Below are positions 1-13,208 of a stretch of DNA of 64,000 nucleotides, piece after piece (the first letter of the stretch is position 1; each line of letters begins with the position of its first letter). Position numbers and translations under genes: made by a program. Source of the stretch: Camelus ferus (Eukaryota); the NCBI RefSeq assembly GCF_009834535.1, contig NC_045697.1, positions 60,948,001 through 61,012,000 on the forward strand, given 5' to 3'. The notes under the pieces were generated by a model. The model was not told the DNA's origin, ran no database searches, and saw nothing but the letters and a program-made list of their open reading frames with translations.

Positions 1-630
1 GACACGCAAACTACAAGAGCAAAATTTTCCTTAGAAATAAAATGGGTCAAATTGATCATGTCTTGTATTTCTCACAGAGTTATTGTGAGAAATGGAATAT
101 ATTATTATGGTTTTTAAAAGTATGTTAACTCAAGGATTATGTGGTGAGATAAAATTTTGCAGCATTAACCAATGTGGATCTATGTGTTTTCTTGGCTGTG
201 TTATCTTTTGTTTTCCCTTCATTTAACCTTTCAGTCTTCAACCATTCAAACTATAACTTGGCTTCTGTTCTCCAGAGAAGTTAGACCATAGCTCAAATGC
301 AAAACCGAAAACAAACAAAGAAATCATGTTGTGGTATTCCAACTTTCAAAGTCAGGGGCTTCCCATAAATAGCAGTTTGAGTAAATAAATTCTTGTCTGT
401 TGATTTTCTTATCTTCAACTGTGGGTTGGGAAAGGATATAATCAGAAATAAATTTGAAGACTTTATTCTTGAGGTGATCCTCAGAACAATCTCAACACCC
501 TTCTCTCAGACTAAACTTTGAAGGTGGTGGTAATAAAACTATAGATAGTTTTTGGTACCAAGAAACTGAACAAGCCTGTGCCTTATTTCTAATCTTATAT
601 TTGGTAAACAATAGAATTTCAGATCCCCAC

Positions 631-749
631 TGTATTAGTCAGGGTTCTCCAGAGAATAAGCACCAATAAGATATAGACAGATGCAAGGATGGATAGATAG
701 GTAGGTAGGTAGGTAGATAGATAGGTAGATAGGTAGATAGATAGGTAGG

Positions 750-783
<34 letters not shown>

Positions 784-1355
784 TAAAGATATAGATATAG
801 ATGACACAGAATAGATATAGATATAGATAACATAAGAAGAGATTTATTATAGGGATTGGTTCATGTGGTTAGGGAGTCTGAGAAGTCCAAGGATCGGCCA
901 TTTGGAAGCTGGAGAACCAACCAGAAAAGCTGGTGGTATAATCCAATCCAAGTCCAATCCAAGTCCAATCCAAGTCCAAAGGGAGCCAGTGGTATGACTC
1001 CTTATCTGAGGTCAAAGGCCTGAGAACCAGAGGGCTACTAGTTCAAGTCTCAGAGTCTGAAAGCATGAGAATCAGAATGTTTCATGTCCAAAAGCAAGGG
1101 AGGATAAATGTCTCAGCTAAAAAAGATGGAAAATTTTACTCTTCCTTAGTGCATTTGATCTATGTGAGCCCCTAATGGATTGGATAATAGCTTCCCACAT
1201 TGGGAAGAGTGAACCTCTCTCTACTCACACTACTGAATCAAATGCTAGTATCTTCCAGAAACATCTACACAGATACATTCAGAAATAATGTTTTACCAGT
1301 TATCTGGGCATTCTTTAGGCTAGTCAAGTTGACATAAAATTAAATAAACATCATA
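631..1355 (-). mobile_element. ERVL solo LTR, MLT2-type
   Basis: Starts TGTATTAGTCAGGGTTCTCCAGAGAA and ends GTCAAGTTGACATAAAATTAA..CATCATA, matching the recalled reverse-strand MLT2 termini; contains an expanded GATA microsatellite. Confidence 0.85.
690..828. repeat. Compound (GGTA)n/(GATA)n microsatellite
   Basis: Directly visible inside the MLT2 LTR; explains ORFs 619-807 and 639-833. Confidence 0.95.
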
Positions 1356-3199
1356 CACAGAACCACCCAACATGATATATTGGCAGAAGATTAGGCATGG
1401 TTATAAGTTGCATCTGAGGCATCCCACCAAGTATTTTCTGGAACCCCTAGTCCTAAAAGGCAGCTAAACTCTTCTGTTTCTCTGATGAATAGTTACAAGT
1501 TTATTGAGAAGAAAAGGGGAATCAAAAATATCCAATGATTGTGATGAGAGTTTGCTGCAGTATGAAACAGTGTGGACCATACAGCTGGAAACATGGAGAT
1601 CTGAATGGATGCCAATGGTAAAGTTTGAGGCTAACCGTGAACTAGATAGGTAATGTAATTTTTAACAAATACCAATATAGACTGACATCAACCAATAGCA
1701 GATGACTCCATACCTAATGCCTTATTTCCTGAAACTTAGACGCTACCCCAGGGGAAAAGAAAGGGGGAAGAATCCTGAATTTGGAGAGATTATATGAAAT
1801 TCACAAAGATTATATTTTCTGTCATTAAATTGCCAATGTATTATAAATAGAATTAATTTATAGAACAATATACTTCTTTTATATTTTTCACATCTCATTA
1901 TGGATATTATAATCGCCATACCAATTATAGCAAAGATACAACCAATGCTAGGGAAAAAATTTAGTACTATAAGATAAATGTTAAACTCATATGTAAAAAA
2001 AAAAATTCTCACATTTAGCAGCATTTTAAAACAGAGGATAGAAAGATTAGATGGCTAGATATTCATATAGGTATATGAAAAACACAGGTGAACCTAAGTT
2101 TTATTTCAATTGTCAAGTAATTTAAGAAGCAAGATGGTATAGTCTAATATTTGTCTAGTTACCATATTGCATAGTTATTAGTATTTCATGATGTTAGTCA
2201 GGGCACCAGTTTTGTATTTTACCCCATTGTTTCGAATAGAGTAACAGTACTTAGAGTTAGTAAGCCTGTTGAGGGCCCTCTTGTATTGCAAAGATGGGTC
2301 TCACATTCAATTATCATCATAAACTCTGTTTAGATAGCATTTGTATTCTGAAGTTTCTTAAGCCACTAAGTATAACCAGGTGGTTTAAAAACTTATATTT
2401 ATTGTGTATATGATATTATATTTATGTAGCATGTACGTAATTGTGAATATTTACCTACAAAAACCGTGTCCAATACTGATTGAAAAATATTTACTTGGCT
2501 GGGATCTTTAAATTTATTTGATGTTAGCTAAATCCAGGCTTCACTCTACCTGCATTAGGATGGTATGAAAGTAAACTAAATTTAGAGGGAATAGTCAAAG
2601 ATCTTTATGATATTTATTAATAGTGACTTAAAGGAAGACTGGTAACTTCTATTGTCTTTGTGTGTATCACTGGGGATACTAAAGTCACAATCATAAACTC
2701 CAATTCACTGATACCAAAGTCATGAAAGGATACCAACCTGTTATGACTGCCATTGTACACTTTAAAGTGAGTAAGCCTATGTTCAAAGTGCCTGCACAAA
2801 CAACAACAACCTCTAATTAATCTAAGTAGATAAATAGATTGATAAATAGATAATATTCATATAGATATATAAAAAAAGACAGGTAAACCTGAGTTTTATT
2901 TCAATTGCTAAATACCTTAAGAAGCAAGATAGTGTAAAGATCTATCGATCTATCAATCAATCGATCAATCTATAAGTATGGTATCAGTTATGAAGGAGGT
3001 AATACTTTTGATTTATTTTGTTAAAGTCTTTTTAATATCATTTCTAAGAGAATTAAATGATCCTAGTATATTTTCCAGCTCTAAAGTTCTATGATTTGCT
3101 TATTATTATTTGCTAAAGAACTTACAGAAAATTGTTTTTTTCAGTTGAAAGGATAATCTTAATTGGGGTTAGGTGATTTTTTCCATTAATAGGAAACTA

Positions 3200-3430
3200 C
3201 CTGACATAGGATAAAATAACAGTTCTAGAATCAGGTATAATTGAGTTTGATCGCCGGCACCAACAACACTCTAGCAATGTGAATTTGGGCAGCCTACTAT
3301 CAGAAAAACTGGTTTCTCACACATAAATTTATCTTGAATTTTTATTGGGAGGAATGACAAGGAATGCATAAAAAGTGTTTAGCCCAAAAAATCACTCATG
3401 ATAGACACTCAGTAAGTGGCAGCTATTGTT
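3200..3430 (+). mobile_element. MIR SINE, degraded
   Basis: CTAGCAATGTGAATTTGGGCAG core-like segment and ...CACTCAGTAAGTGGCAGCTATT 3' end. Confidence 0.6.
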
Positions 3431-5167
3431 ATAGTGTCAGAGCATAATAATTAAGTACGTCAAACACAGTATTTCACAGGTAGCTTTTTAATAGATAGTT
3501 ATTGAACAAATTGAGCAACTCTAACAGTACCTATATTAATGGTCAATACTATTTTAAGAGGCTTTTTATTATATCTAATTTCTTTATAAGAGATAGGACT
3601 TACCCTGCAGTATATTTACCTGCATGTGAATTATGTTACCAGGGATCTCTACTCCCACCTCAAAGGTAATGTTGGGAGGATTTAGGAGCTCTGAGTCCTT
3701 TGAGCTCCATGGGGGAATGGTGCCACAAAAATACAAAAGGCTATTTGCACATGTATCACTGAAGTACCATGGGACCCATGAAATTGTATCACAGTCGGCC
3801 TGCTATCACTGAAGGATGACTTTAGGAATTGACTATGCAGGCCCTCAGTGCAGTTTGGGTTAAAAGGTAGAAAAGTCAAACCGCAAGGCCAAAGATGGTA
3901 TTCCCTGAATAATGAAGAGTTGTTTGACTGTTCTGCCTCACATATCCTGTGAGTAATGAACAGCTTTGTCATGCTCTGAGTCACATATCCAAAAACCAGA
4001 CTCCAATGATTGCTACTTCCTTTTATCTAATTGTCATATTTAACATTTCAGTTATATCTGCTTCAGTGGGTAAATTCATTTACTGATGAGATCTGAATGC
4101 TTTATAAAGGTTATTGCCAAAAGTACCAGCTACTCAAATAAGCAGTTAGACCAGCATTTCATTGCAGCACACATATTTTTATCTTCCTTTTAATACACTA
4201 GCAATTGCGTTTCCAATTTTTGTTTGATATAACACAAAAAATGACACAGTTCTACTAGGAAAACTCCTTTTAAACCAGCCATTGCTAGATTACGGAAATA
4301 ACACTTAAAATTATTTGTTAGATTTTTGGTAAAAAAGACACAACACACGTGTCCCATGTCTTCCTCACTCTTCCTGCTTAAGGCCTTGAATTACAAGGTT
4401 TATATTGCCAAGCCTGCTGGGAATTTTCTAAGCAAAAGGGGAAATTTCTTCTCTCTCTATTTGTTTAGCTTCATTATTCAGTTAATTATATACAGAAAAT
4501 AAAAGAGTTTCAGAGGTAGCTGGAGTACACCATAGTTTGTGTTAAAACTGTACCTACCCAGTTGCAAAACAGTGGGGCAAGATTATATTGATTGCACAGT
4601 ATAAGAAATTTACTTTATTATTTTTAAGATCACAAATCAAAATCATGAAACAATTTTGTAGATCATAAAGGTTTTGTTGCTAATACTAAGATGAGCTTTC
4701 ATAACTATGGCTCTCTAAAACTTGTACTAGTTTGAAAAAATGTTCTGTCCATCAATATCTATATTGAAGGTTGCTGTCTCATATACAACTGCATAAAGTA
4801 CACTGTCACCAGCAGATAACAACTACTTCATTGGAAAGATGCAATAGGTAAATGACTTTTGCTTCTCTTCTGCTCTTGTCATGTAAGATTTTCTGTCCTT
4901 CTGCCTTTAGCCACATGATTGGCTTGGCGAGGATTGGCTAAACCTGTTCTTTGTACTCCCTCAGTATTGATCTGGCCTGGTAGAACTGAGAGATTTACCA
5001 GCCTAAGTCGTTGTCACAGCTCCAGCCTCTGCCTCATCTTCATCCTACTCATCCTCTCCCAAACTCCATCCTTCTCTTCATTCCAGAGCTTCTATGGAGG
5101 CCTGTTGCTATTATAAATTGCCCAGTAGAGTCTGGAACTGATTTTACCTTGAAATGTGCCTGGATTT

Positions 5168-5190
5168 TGTGTGTGTGTGTGTGTGTGTGT
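5168..5190. repeat. (TG)n microsatellite
   Basis: Directly visible. Confidence 0.95.
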
Positions 5191-5929
5191 CATGAGTATC
5201 TATTTGCAACTTTGCTTTTTTCCATACTGGTATAAGTAGACATGGCCTTAGGAGGAGAATTTTCATCGCCATAGAGTTTCCCCATGTAATATATAAATCC
5301 CTTGCCCTACTTTGACCACCTCTTCCAGTTAAACCTTAGAACTAAAAATAATGCAGCATGAATGTCTCATATTGAGGAAAATAAGAAAATTATGTAGACT
5401 TGTGTTTTGTTCTTTAAAGAGTCAGGAAAAAGAGACAAGAACAAACAATTACAGTGGAAAAATCATTTTTTATGTGTTGTTTTGAGGAGAGGGGGAAGTA
5501 AGGAAGGAGAAAGAAAAGAAAGAATATGGATATCACAGGAATGTCTTGGGATTTAGAACTGTTCTTAAGGGACAAATGTACCAAGCATCCCAGGTTAGAA
5601 CTGTCAAGACAATTTTCTATGAACCAGTGTTAAATCTTTCATCAATTATTTAACTCGTATATGATTACAAATTATATGTTTAATTGGCAAATGTTATTTT
5701 AATGACCATGGAGCCAAATGATTTTAGGGCATGAATTCTGGCCTGAGACTTGTCTAAGTTTTGATTCCAATACATACTAAATGATTTTAGATAAGAAACT
5801 TCAATCATTCAGCTATTTAATACATATTTAAGAGTTTTCAGTTCACTGAGAAAAAAATACACAAAGCAGGTATAACACTTGCCTTCATGGACCTTTTAAT
5901 CTGGAGAAAAAAATCAGAGATAAGAGCCC

Positions 5930-6290
5930 TTATTAATGGAACATAATATATGCCAGCCACATGTTACATACATTATGATATTTAATCATGAAAACAAACC
6001 TGTGTGATGCTTACTACCTTTTTATAGATCTGAAAGCTGAGGCTTACTAAATCACACACTTAGCAGATGTAAAAATAGGAATTGTATCAAATTGTTAGAT
6101 TGTAGACTACATACTCTCTATCACAAACCAACTCTCTAAGCTTTAGTTTTTTTTCTTCTATAAAATGAGGATAATAATATTAAATACCCTATAAGGTTAT
6201 TGTGAAATTGAATGAGATAAACCATTAAAATGGCCTCACACAGTAGCTGGCATGTAAAAAGTGCTTGATCAGTGTTATGTAACATGATTG
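5930..6290. mobile_element. Two MIR fragments in opposite orientations
   Basis: Minus-type TTTATAGATCTGAAAGCTGAGGCT, then plus-type CTATAAAATGAGGATAATAAT...GGTTATTGTGAAATTGAATGAGATAA. Confidence 0.65.
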
Positions 6291-6674
6291 TTATTTTTGT
6301 TACATAAAAGGAAAATGTTAAACAAGCTATATCAGGTTCTCAGGGGACCACATACAAAATTGTGCAGATAATCCCTAGGATTTCTTACCACCTATACCTA
6401 AACTTTGTCTCAGGTTTGGCTTTGGAAAACCTATACCAAAATACTTCAACCAGTCAATTGATGTCCCTTGTCACTGTGTCTACTTTTTGCAAAATTGACA
6501 TGATAACATGTGTTCTTCCTCTCCCTCGGTGCCCTCAGATACAACTTAATGTGGCAGCATTCCCTGCCTGTGTTTTGGAAGACTCCTTTAGGGAATTTCT
6601 GTTTGAGCTGTATGCTTGCTGTAGTTAGTATCTTACACCTTTACTTCACTCAGATTTGTGACTTATATTTATGA

Positions 6675-7080
6675 ATTTATTTATTCAGCAGATTTTTATA
6701 GAATACCTTTTATAGAATACCTTTTAAATGCCTGACATAATGCTGGGATAGATGGTGAACAGATCTCAGCCTCAGTTTATAAAAAACTTATTATGGTTCA
6801 TTGGTAAAGATTGACCAGTGACTGGAAAATTGCGTTGCATAAAAACAGGGTAATAAAGGTCTAATTCACCATTCTATAGGACGAAATACAAAAGGTTCTT
6901 AACCAGATGCAGGAGTGGGAAAAGACTTTCTTGAAAGGACAATTGATAGGTTAGGAACTAAAGGAAGAGTAAGAGCTAACCAGACCTAGAAAAGTGCAGA
7001 GAAGTAAAAAACATTCCAAAAATTGGAAACAGCAGGGGCAAAGACTCAAGCCCTGAAGCCTCTGAAGAGCATTTGGACAA
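6675..7080 (-). mobile_element. L2 LINE 3' fragment
   Basis: TTTATTCAGCAGATTTTTATAGAATACC...TGCCTGACATAATGCTGGG followed by purine-rich L2-like sequence. Confidence 0.55.
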
Positions 7081-8859
7081 CAAAGTTCAATACAGACAGG
7101 ATGTATCCTGACCTCTGGGAAATTAAATCATTCAAGAGGAAGCACTTTGAAAAGTGGAATATGCTATGTAAGTGTAAAAGATTATAATCTCAAATAAATT
7201 CTCTCTTGTAAGTAAAAGTAAAAACAAAAAATACAGGATTAAAAGTCTGTTTAATTTCAAACACATTATTATTTCCCTAGACCATAGGCAAAACATCTAG
7301 CTAAACTTAAATGCTTTTTATTTCTTCTAAATTTCTCCTTTTATTTTGCACTATGATATTTTGGTACTGTTCTAGATGTAAAAAAGACTGCATGTAACTA
7401 CTTTTCCCCATAGAGATTTTTTGAAATTTAGTTACATTTGTATTTGGCCCAATTATCTAGTAAAAAGAAATGTTATGAGTGCTATACACATTTATTCAGG
7501 GCAAAGTTGTCATAACTGCATAAGTAAAAATCAGAAACTCATACATGATAAAATAATCTCACGGATACATAATTTACAAAAGATCAGAGAGTAGAGTGAG
7601 GGAATTGACTATCTACCGAGAGGAAAGTCACTATATCATAGATTTCCAGTCCCATGATTGGGGAAAGTGCCTTCTGATAATGAGGCACTGCTGTGGTAGA
7701 TACAGAGCAGGGATTCTGAGTGCCAGTCCAATAACAGGCTACATTAGTATACCCTGGATGCCTTTAAAAATATAAGATCTTTCCCTTTGAGCTGATGATG
7801 TTTGGGGATTTGGATTCCTAGTGTAAGAACCAGAAATTTGGAGTTTTAAAATGAAATATGGAAAAGCGCTGACAAAAGCTGCAACATTTAAAATCCTTCT
7901 CAATGTAAAATATACTTGACTTTTGATAGCGTACCCTCTGAGCCTCCACTTTTCTGCTGTCCACTGGTAGAAATGAGCCATCATATACTTGGGGGAATAA
8001 GGTTTCTAGATTCAAATGATACTCCCATCTACAGAAGCAGGATCTGAAAAGATTTGATGGTGACATTTGGGTCAGTCATGAGTACATGTAATGAGAAGGG
8101 GTGTGTCAGGAGGAGGTTCTATAGCTCTCTGGGAGAACCTTTCACTTATTTCTCTTGCTAAGGCTAAGGGTTTATGATTGCATTCAACTGTAGACTATTT
8201 ACTGTCATCTAAGTTGAGGCATCAGTTTTGCAAGTGGTTTAGTCATAATTGGCTCCTATCATTTTCTGAGATATACAAAGATTTGCATGCTTTGAGGAGA
8301 AATTTACTGGATAAGAAAGTGAACACAGCTTAATACACATTTGAAATGGTAGACTTGTAACTACAAGGGGAGAATGACATACATTAGAAAACCAACAGTA
8401 GCAGTTTTAGGAAATATTTATCAAATATTATAATTTCTATTACCAAACAAGCAAACAAACAAAAAACCCAACAAATAATGAAGATGGTCTACCAATTAAA
8501 AAGACATTCTTTCATCATTGTGTTAAAAACGACATGAATGTTGGAAAATTAACATAGCTTGTTGAAGTACAGTAAACATACAGAAAAACAGGGACCATTT
8601 ATCATCTGAATGAATGAGGTCAGAAAATTGAAGTAGAATCAGGGTATTCAGTTCAATGTGGTGCAGATAATATGCATGGCCTTTCCACATTTCCAAGTCT
8701 GTGATTCTTGGATACTCAAAGGGTAACGTTTATAGTATCGAGATCCGGAGAGTGGTTCAGTATAATTCACCTTGTCATTAAATGTCTAATTAGAAATTAT
8801 ATACTGTTGCATCAGATAATAGGATTTGAGGAATGTAAACATCCTTTAGTGTGAGGATA

Positions 8860-9750
8860 TATATTAATCTGACTAGGACTCGGACTGTGCTTCATGGTTA
8901 CTGTGATGGGAACAGGCTTCAAATTCCTCTAGTGCCCTTGTTTGTCTCTGTTGTTAGGTTTCCCTAAGACCTACTCAGGTAGAGTCTGCATCTTACAACA
9001 TTGTCAGCTGTAATCAACTGCTGTTGTACTGGAGCCCTATTGGTGTGGTAGTAAGATGAGGGGAAGGGGAAGCTTTCCAGAATTTTATAATGAAATCTCA
9101 ACCTTGTAGTGAGCGTTTCTCTGTTCTCTGACATTCTCACTTATTTTTCCAGTGCTTTTTGTCTTTTTTTTTCCCCCTCATCCTTAGGTGAGACAAGCAG
9201 GCATTGGGAGACTTGAGTTAGTAGAGATCCCTTCCTCCAACTAAGGAGGATCTAAGGCCTTTGTAAAATCTTTTCCCCCTGGAGAGTAAGAACTGTTTAT
9301 GGAGAAAAAGTAGCAGGTTTTTCACAATGATTACTCTTCCCCCCTCTGCCAGAGCATTAAATGAGAGGATCTTTTTTCAGGATCTTCAGTGTAAAATCCT
9401 GATGGGGTTACTAGATGCAAAATCCATAAATGTTGGGGCCCACCTCTAGGAATGAGGCGTTTAGCAGTTTCCCATGCTTATTCTAGTCTACATTCAACTT
9501 CATCAATCCATCAAAATTACCATTTGTGTCTTTCTATCAGTTCATGGGTCTACCAACTTCTGTTTCACGTAAACCAATCTCAGCTGTGCCTATTTGGATT
9601 CACCCATCTCTCAATATTTCCTAATGGTGATTTGCCCTACAACCTCAGTTCTACAGTGTGTCCAAGAAAAGTTGATTTTCCAATTGTTCAACTTTTTCTT
9701 GTTATAACAATGGAGAAACATTTCCCCAAGCTTTGTATATGTTGGCCCAA
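8860..9750 (-). mobile_element. Old L1M 5' region fragment
   Basis: GGTGATTTGCCCTACAACCTCAGTTCT...AAGAAAAGTTGATTTTCCAATTGTTCAACTTTTTCTTGTT resembles recalled L1M 5'-end consensus. Confidence 0.55.
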
Positions 9751-9895
9751 AACAGTACATCCCCATTATTTAGGTTTAATAGACATTTCTCTAATAAGTA
9801 CTGATATTGGACATTTTTTTTAATGTTTATTGGCTACTAGTATATCTTCATTTCTTCAAGCGTCTGTTCAGTCTCTGCTCATTTTTCTTGGGTTA

Positions 9896-10278
9896 TGTCA
9901 TGAGCTGAATTGTGGCCTCTCCACAAATGCGTATGTTGAAGTCTTAACCCTCCAGCATCACAGAATGTGAGTATGTATGTTCTTTGGGTCTTTAAAAACC
10001 TTTAATTAAGGTTAAATGAAGTTACAAAGGTTGGTTCTAACCTCATATGACTGATATTCTTATAAAAAGAGGTTAGAACAGAAGTGCAGACATAAGCATG
10101 ACCATGTGATTGACACAGTGAGAAGGCAGCCATCTGCAAGCCAAAGAGACCATAAAATAAACCAAACCTGCAGACACCTTGATCTTGTACTTCAAGCCTG
10201 CAGAATTGTGAGGTATTTCTGTTATTTAAGCCAACCAGTCGTATTATTGTGTTATGGCAGCCCTAGCAAACTAATACA
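9896..10278 (+). mobile_element. MaLR solo LTR (MLT1A/B-like)
   Basis: TGTCATGAGCTGAATTGTGG...TTATGGCAGCCCTAGCAAACTAATACA; perfect 5-bp TSD GGTTA (9891-9895, 10279-10283). Confidence 0.9.
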
Positions 10279-10288
10279 GGTTACTTGC

Positions 10289-10728
10289 TATTTTTAGGTT
10301 AGATAGAGCCCCTTCCAAAAATGAATATCCACCGAGAAACTCAGAATGTGACTTTATTTGGAAATAGAGTCTTTGCAGATGTGATTAGCTTAGGATCTCA
10401 AAATGAAATCATCCTGGATTTAGATGTAGCCCTTTTAAATCCAATGACTGGTGTCTTTATGGTAAGAGGAGAAGACAGTGACACATTGTGACGAGGCTGC
10501 ATGAAGAGGGAAGCAGAAATTAGATTGATGGAAAGGGTTGTCAACAACTACCAGAATCGAAGAGAGAGGCACAGGACAGTTTTTCCTTCAGGGCCCTCAG
10601 AAGGAACCAACCCTGCTGATACCTTGATTTTAAACTTCTATTTTTAGAGTTGTGAGAGAATAAATGCCTCTTGTTTTAAGCTACCAGTTGATGGCAATTT
10701 ATTATGGTGACTCCAGGAAACTAATATA
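10289..10728 (+). mobile_element. MaLR solo LTR (MLT1B/C-like)
   Basis: CAGAATGTGACTTTATTTGGAAATAGAGTCTTTGCAGATGT...GGAAACTAATATA; TSD CTTGC/CTTGT. Confidence 0.88.
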
Positions 10729-11819
10729 CTTGTATTACTGAATTTTTAACATTTCTTTATGTGTAACTCCACTCATATTTCATTATTCACAATTGCATGG
10801 AAAAGATTGATATAAATGGGCATAGATATAAAATTCCTTCTGGGAGGGGTGGTAAATATTTGGCAATAATAAATGTAGTCTATCACACTCAGTTTTATAT
10901 TTTTATATGCATCAATTATAAACATTAATACTTCTATACTAATATATTATGGATATCTCAGACATACAGAAACATTTAATGGATAAGATACAGCTGGATT
11001 ATGTATTAAGTAATATTTATTAATGCTATATATAAACTCCATGTAGTTCTTAGTCTGTGATTGAATATGCTATATTATGTATCATAATTTATTAAAATTT
11101 TGATATAACGAGTTTGTGTATAGCATTTGAAGTTCTAATATCCAAATTTTGTTTATGTCCATGTCTGATTATACTGGTGACCATAAATGGAAAAGGTATA
11201 TAAAAAGTTGCATATACCCAATTGGAAGAACAATATCATTTTCTGTGCTCACAACATCATGGGTCTTCTTTTTCAGTCTTAAATCCTGTTTTGCAAAAGT
11301 TTCTCTCAAACATGTTGACTTTTACATTTACCACAGTTAACAAAACCAACTGCAACTCTTCATTTGGAAGATTTTTACATAGAATAGAATACTTCTCTTC
11401 AAGTTTTCTGCCTTTTTTCACCCATTCAACACAACTTTTCTTATTTTTGAATTTAAACATAATTTTAAGTATTAAATTACCTAACAATGGAAACATTTTC
11501 AAACATACATTTTAAAAAATGCTTTCTATGTAACAGATTTCTGTAGGAAAGTCTTGCTTTTTCTTTTTATTTGTAAAAAATATCTCCCTTGCTTGGAAAG
11601 GAATAATTGATATGATATATAAACCAAATCTTAATACTTTTAAAATAAGCCACTGTAAAAATTTAAAAACTGAAAGAAAATTTCTTAGGAGATGATTTTG
11701 AATATAAAGTCATTTACAGAGATGATCTAAAATACAAACTAAAGATGGACGTCTGTTTCTTCAAACTATCTTGTTCTCTCTCTATATATATATATCTATG
11801 TACATATATGGATATGAAT

Positions 11820-12290
11820 TTTCTTGACACCTTTTCAAAAATTAATTGACCACAAAATAAAAGTTTATTTTTGAACTTTCAAATTTTTTTTCATTGATGT
11901 AGATACCTGCCGATGTGCTAAGTATTACACTTACATAAGTACTATAGTTTTGCAGTACATTTTGATTTCAGGAAATATTGAGTCCTCCAAATTTGTCCTG
12001 TCTTTCACAATTATTTTGACTTTTCTGTGTTCCTTCCATTCCCATATAAATTTGAGAATCAGTTTGTCAATTTCTGCAAAAAACAAAGCTGAAAAATTAA
12101 TAGGAATTTTTTTGAATCTGTAGGTCAATCTAAGAGTATGCCATCTTAATAATATTACATCTTTTTATCCATAAATAGGAATTTTTTCCATTCTTGTCAT
12201 AAACATTTTGAATTTTTCAGACAACAAGTCATGAGCTTCTTTTATTCAACTTATTCCTAACTATTATTTTAGTTTTAATCTTGATAGTAT
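11820..12290 (-). mobile_element. L1 ORF2 fragment
   Basis: ORF 11931-12128 (YRFKKIPINFSALFFAEIDKLILKFIW...) is recognisable L1 ORF2p. Confidence 0.85.
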
Positions 12291-12732
12291 TTTGATGAAT
12301 CCAGACATTGAGTTTTAACATAAAATTTATATTTTGGACTTGCAAACATACAAACACGTGAAAAACATATGCACAGTACACTCTCAGTAAGTTATCCCAC
12401 ATTTTTACATTTCTTAGTAAGCTACATGAATAATTTGAATAAAGAATGAATTGGTTGAAGAACAAATTCAAATGAACTCTATTTTGGGAGAATTGAAGAC
12501 AGGAAGCTAAGTATAGCAGCAGTTGATACTTAGCTGTAAGCAATTTAAAGATGGTAATTGGTAATTTGTAATTTTTTAATTATTCAATTAATTGAATTAT
12601 TCAATTAGTGGGATGTAAATATAGCTGTTACTGTTTATAATAACATTTTGTATGGCAAAAGATGATAGTTAATTTGAACAAAATACTCAGAACTAAAATG
12701 CATCAAGTGGGAATTAGTTTTGTGTTCTTTCC

Positions 12733-13208
12733 TGTGGTAAATAGAAAAAATGCCTCCTCCCAAATGTATTAATTTCCAGATTACTGGATCAAGTGAATAT
12801 TGTGTTCTATGGGAAAAGAGTAAATATTATACTGCATTATACAGCAAAATGTGATTAAGTTAAGGATTTTGAGAGGAGGAGAATATTCAAGTGGGCCTTA
12901 AATCCAATGGCAAGTGTCCTTACAAGAGACAGAAGAGGATAAGACACAAAGAGGAGAAGGCAATGTGAAGACAGGGTTAGAAACTGGAATAATAAGGCCA
13001 CAGTCCATGAAAAAGCAATGCTGACAGCCACTAGAATCAGGGAAAATCAAGAACAGATTCTTCTTTGGAGACTCCAGAGCAAATGTGGCCTTCCCAACAC
13101 CTTGATTTCAGAATTTTAGCCTCTAAAACTATGAGAAAATAAATTTCTGTCGTTTTGAGTCACCAACCTTATAGGAATCTGTTGCAGAACTTCTGGGAAA
13201 TGAATACA
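12733..13208 (+). mobile_element. MaLR solo LTR (MLT1C/D-like)
   Basis: TGTGGTA...GTGATTAAGTTAAGGATTTTGAGA...GGAAATGAATACA; TSD TTTCC/TTTCT. Confidence 0.85.

Noticed and set aside
619..833. ORFs with repetitive YLSI/YLPT peptides
   Set aside because: Translation of the GATA/GGTA microsatellite inside an LTR.
940..978. Three tandem 11-bp CCAAGTCCAAT units, superficially array-like
   Set aside because: No spacers; local slippage inside the MLT2 LTR, not CRISPR.
6694..6725. Tandem TTTTATAGAATACC duplication
   Set aside because: Ordinary 14-bp slippage within an L2 end.
9452..9823. Longest ORF in the track (123 aa)
   Set aside because: Lies antisense in L1-derived sequence and has no recognisable domain.
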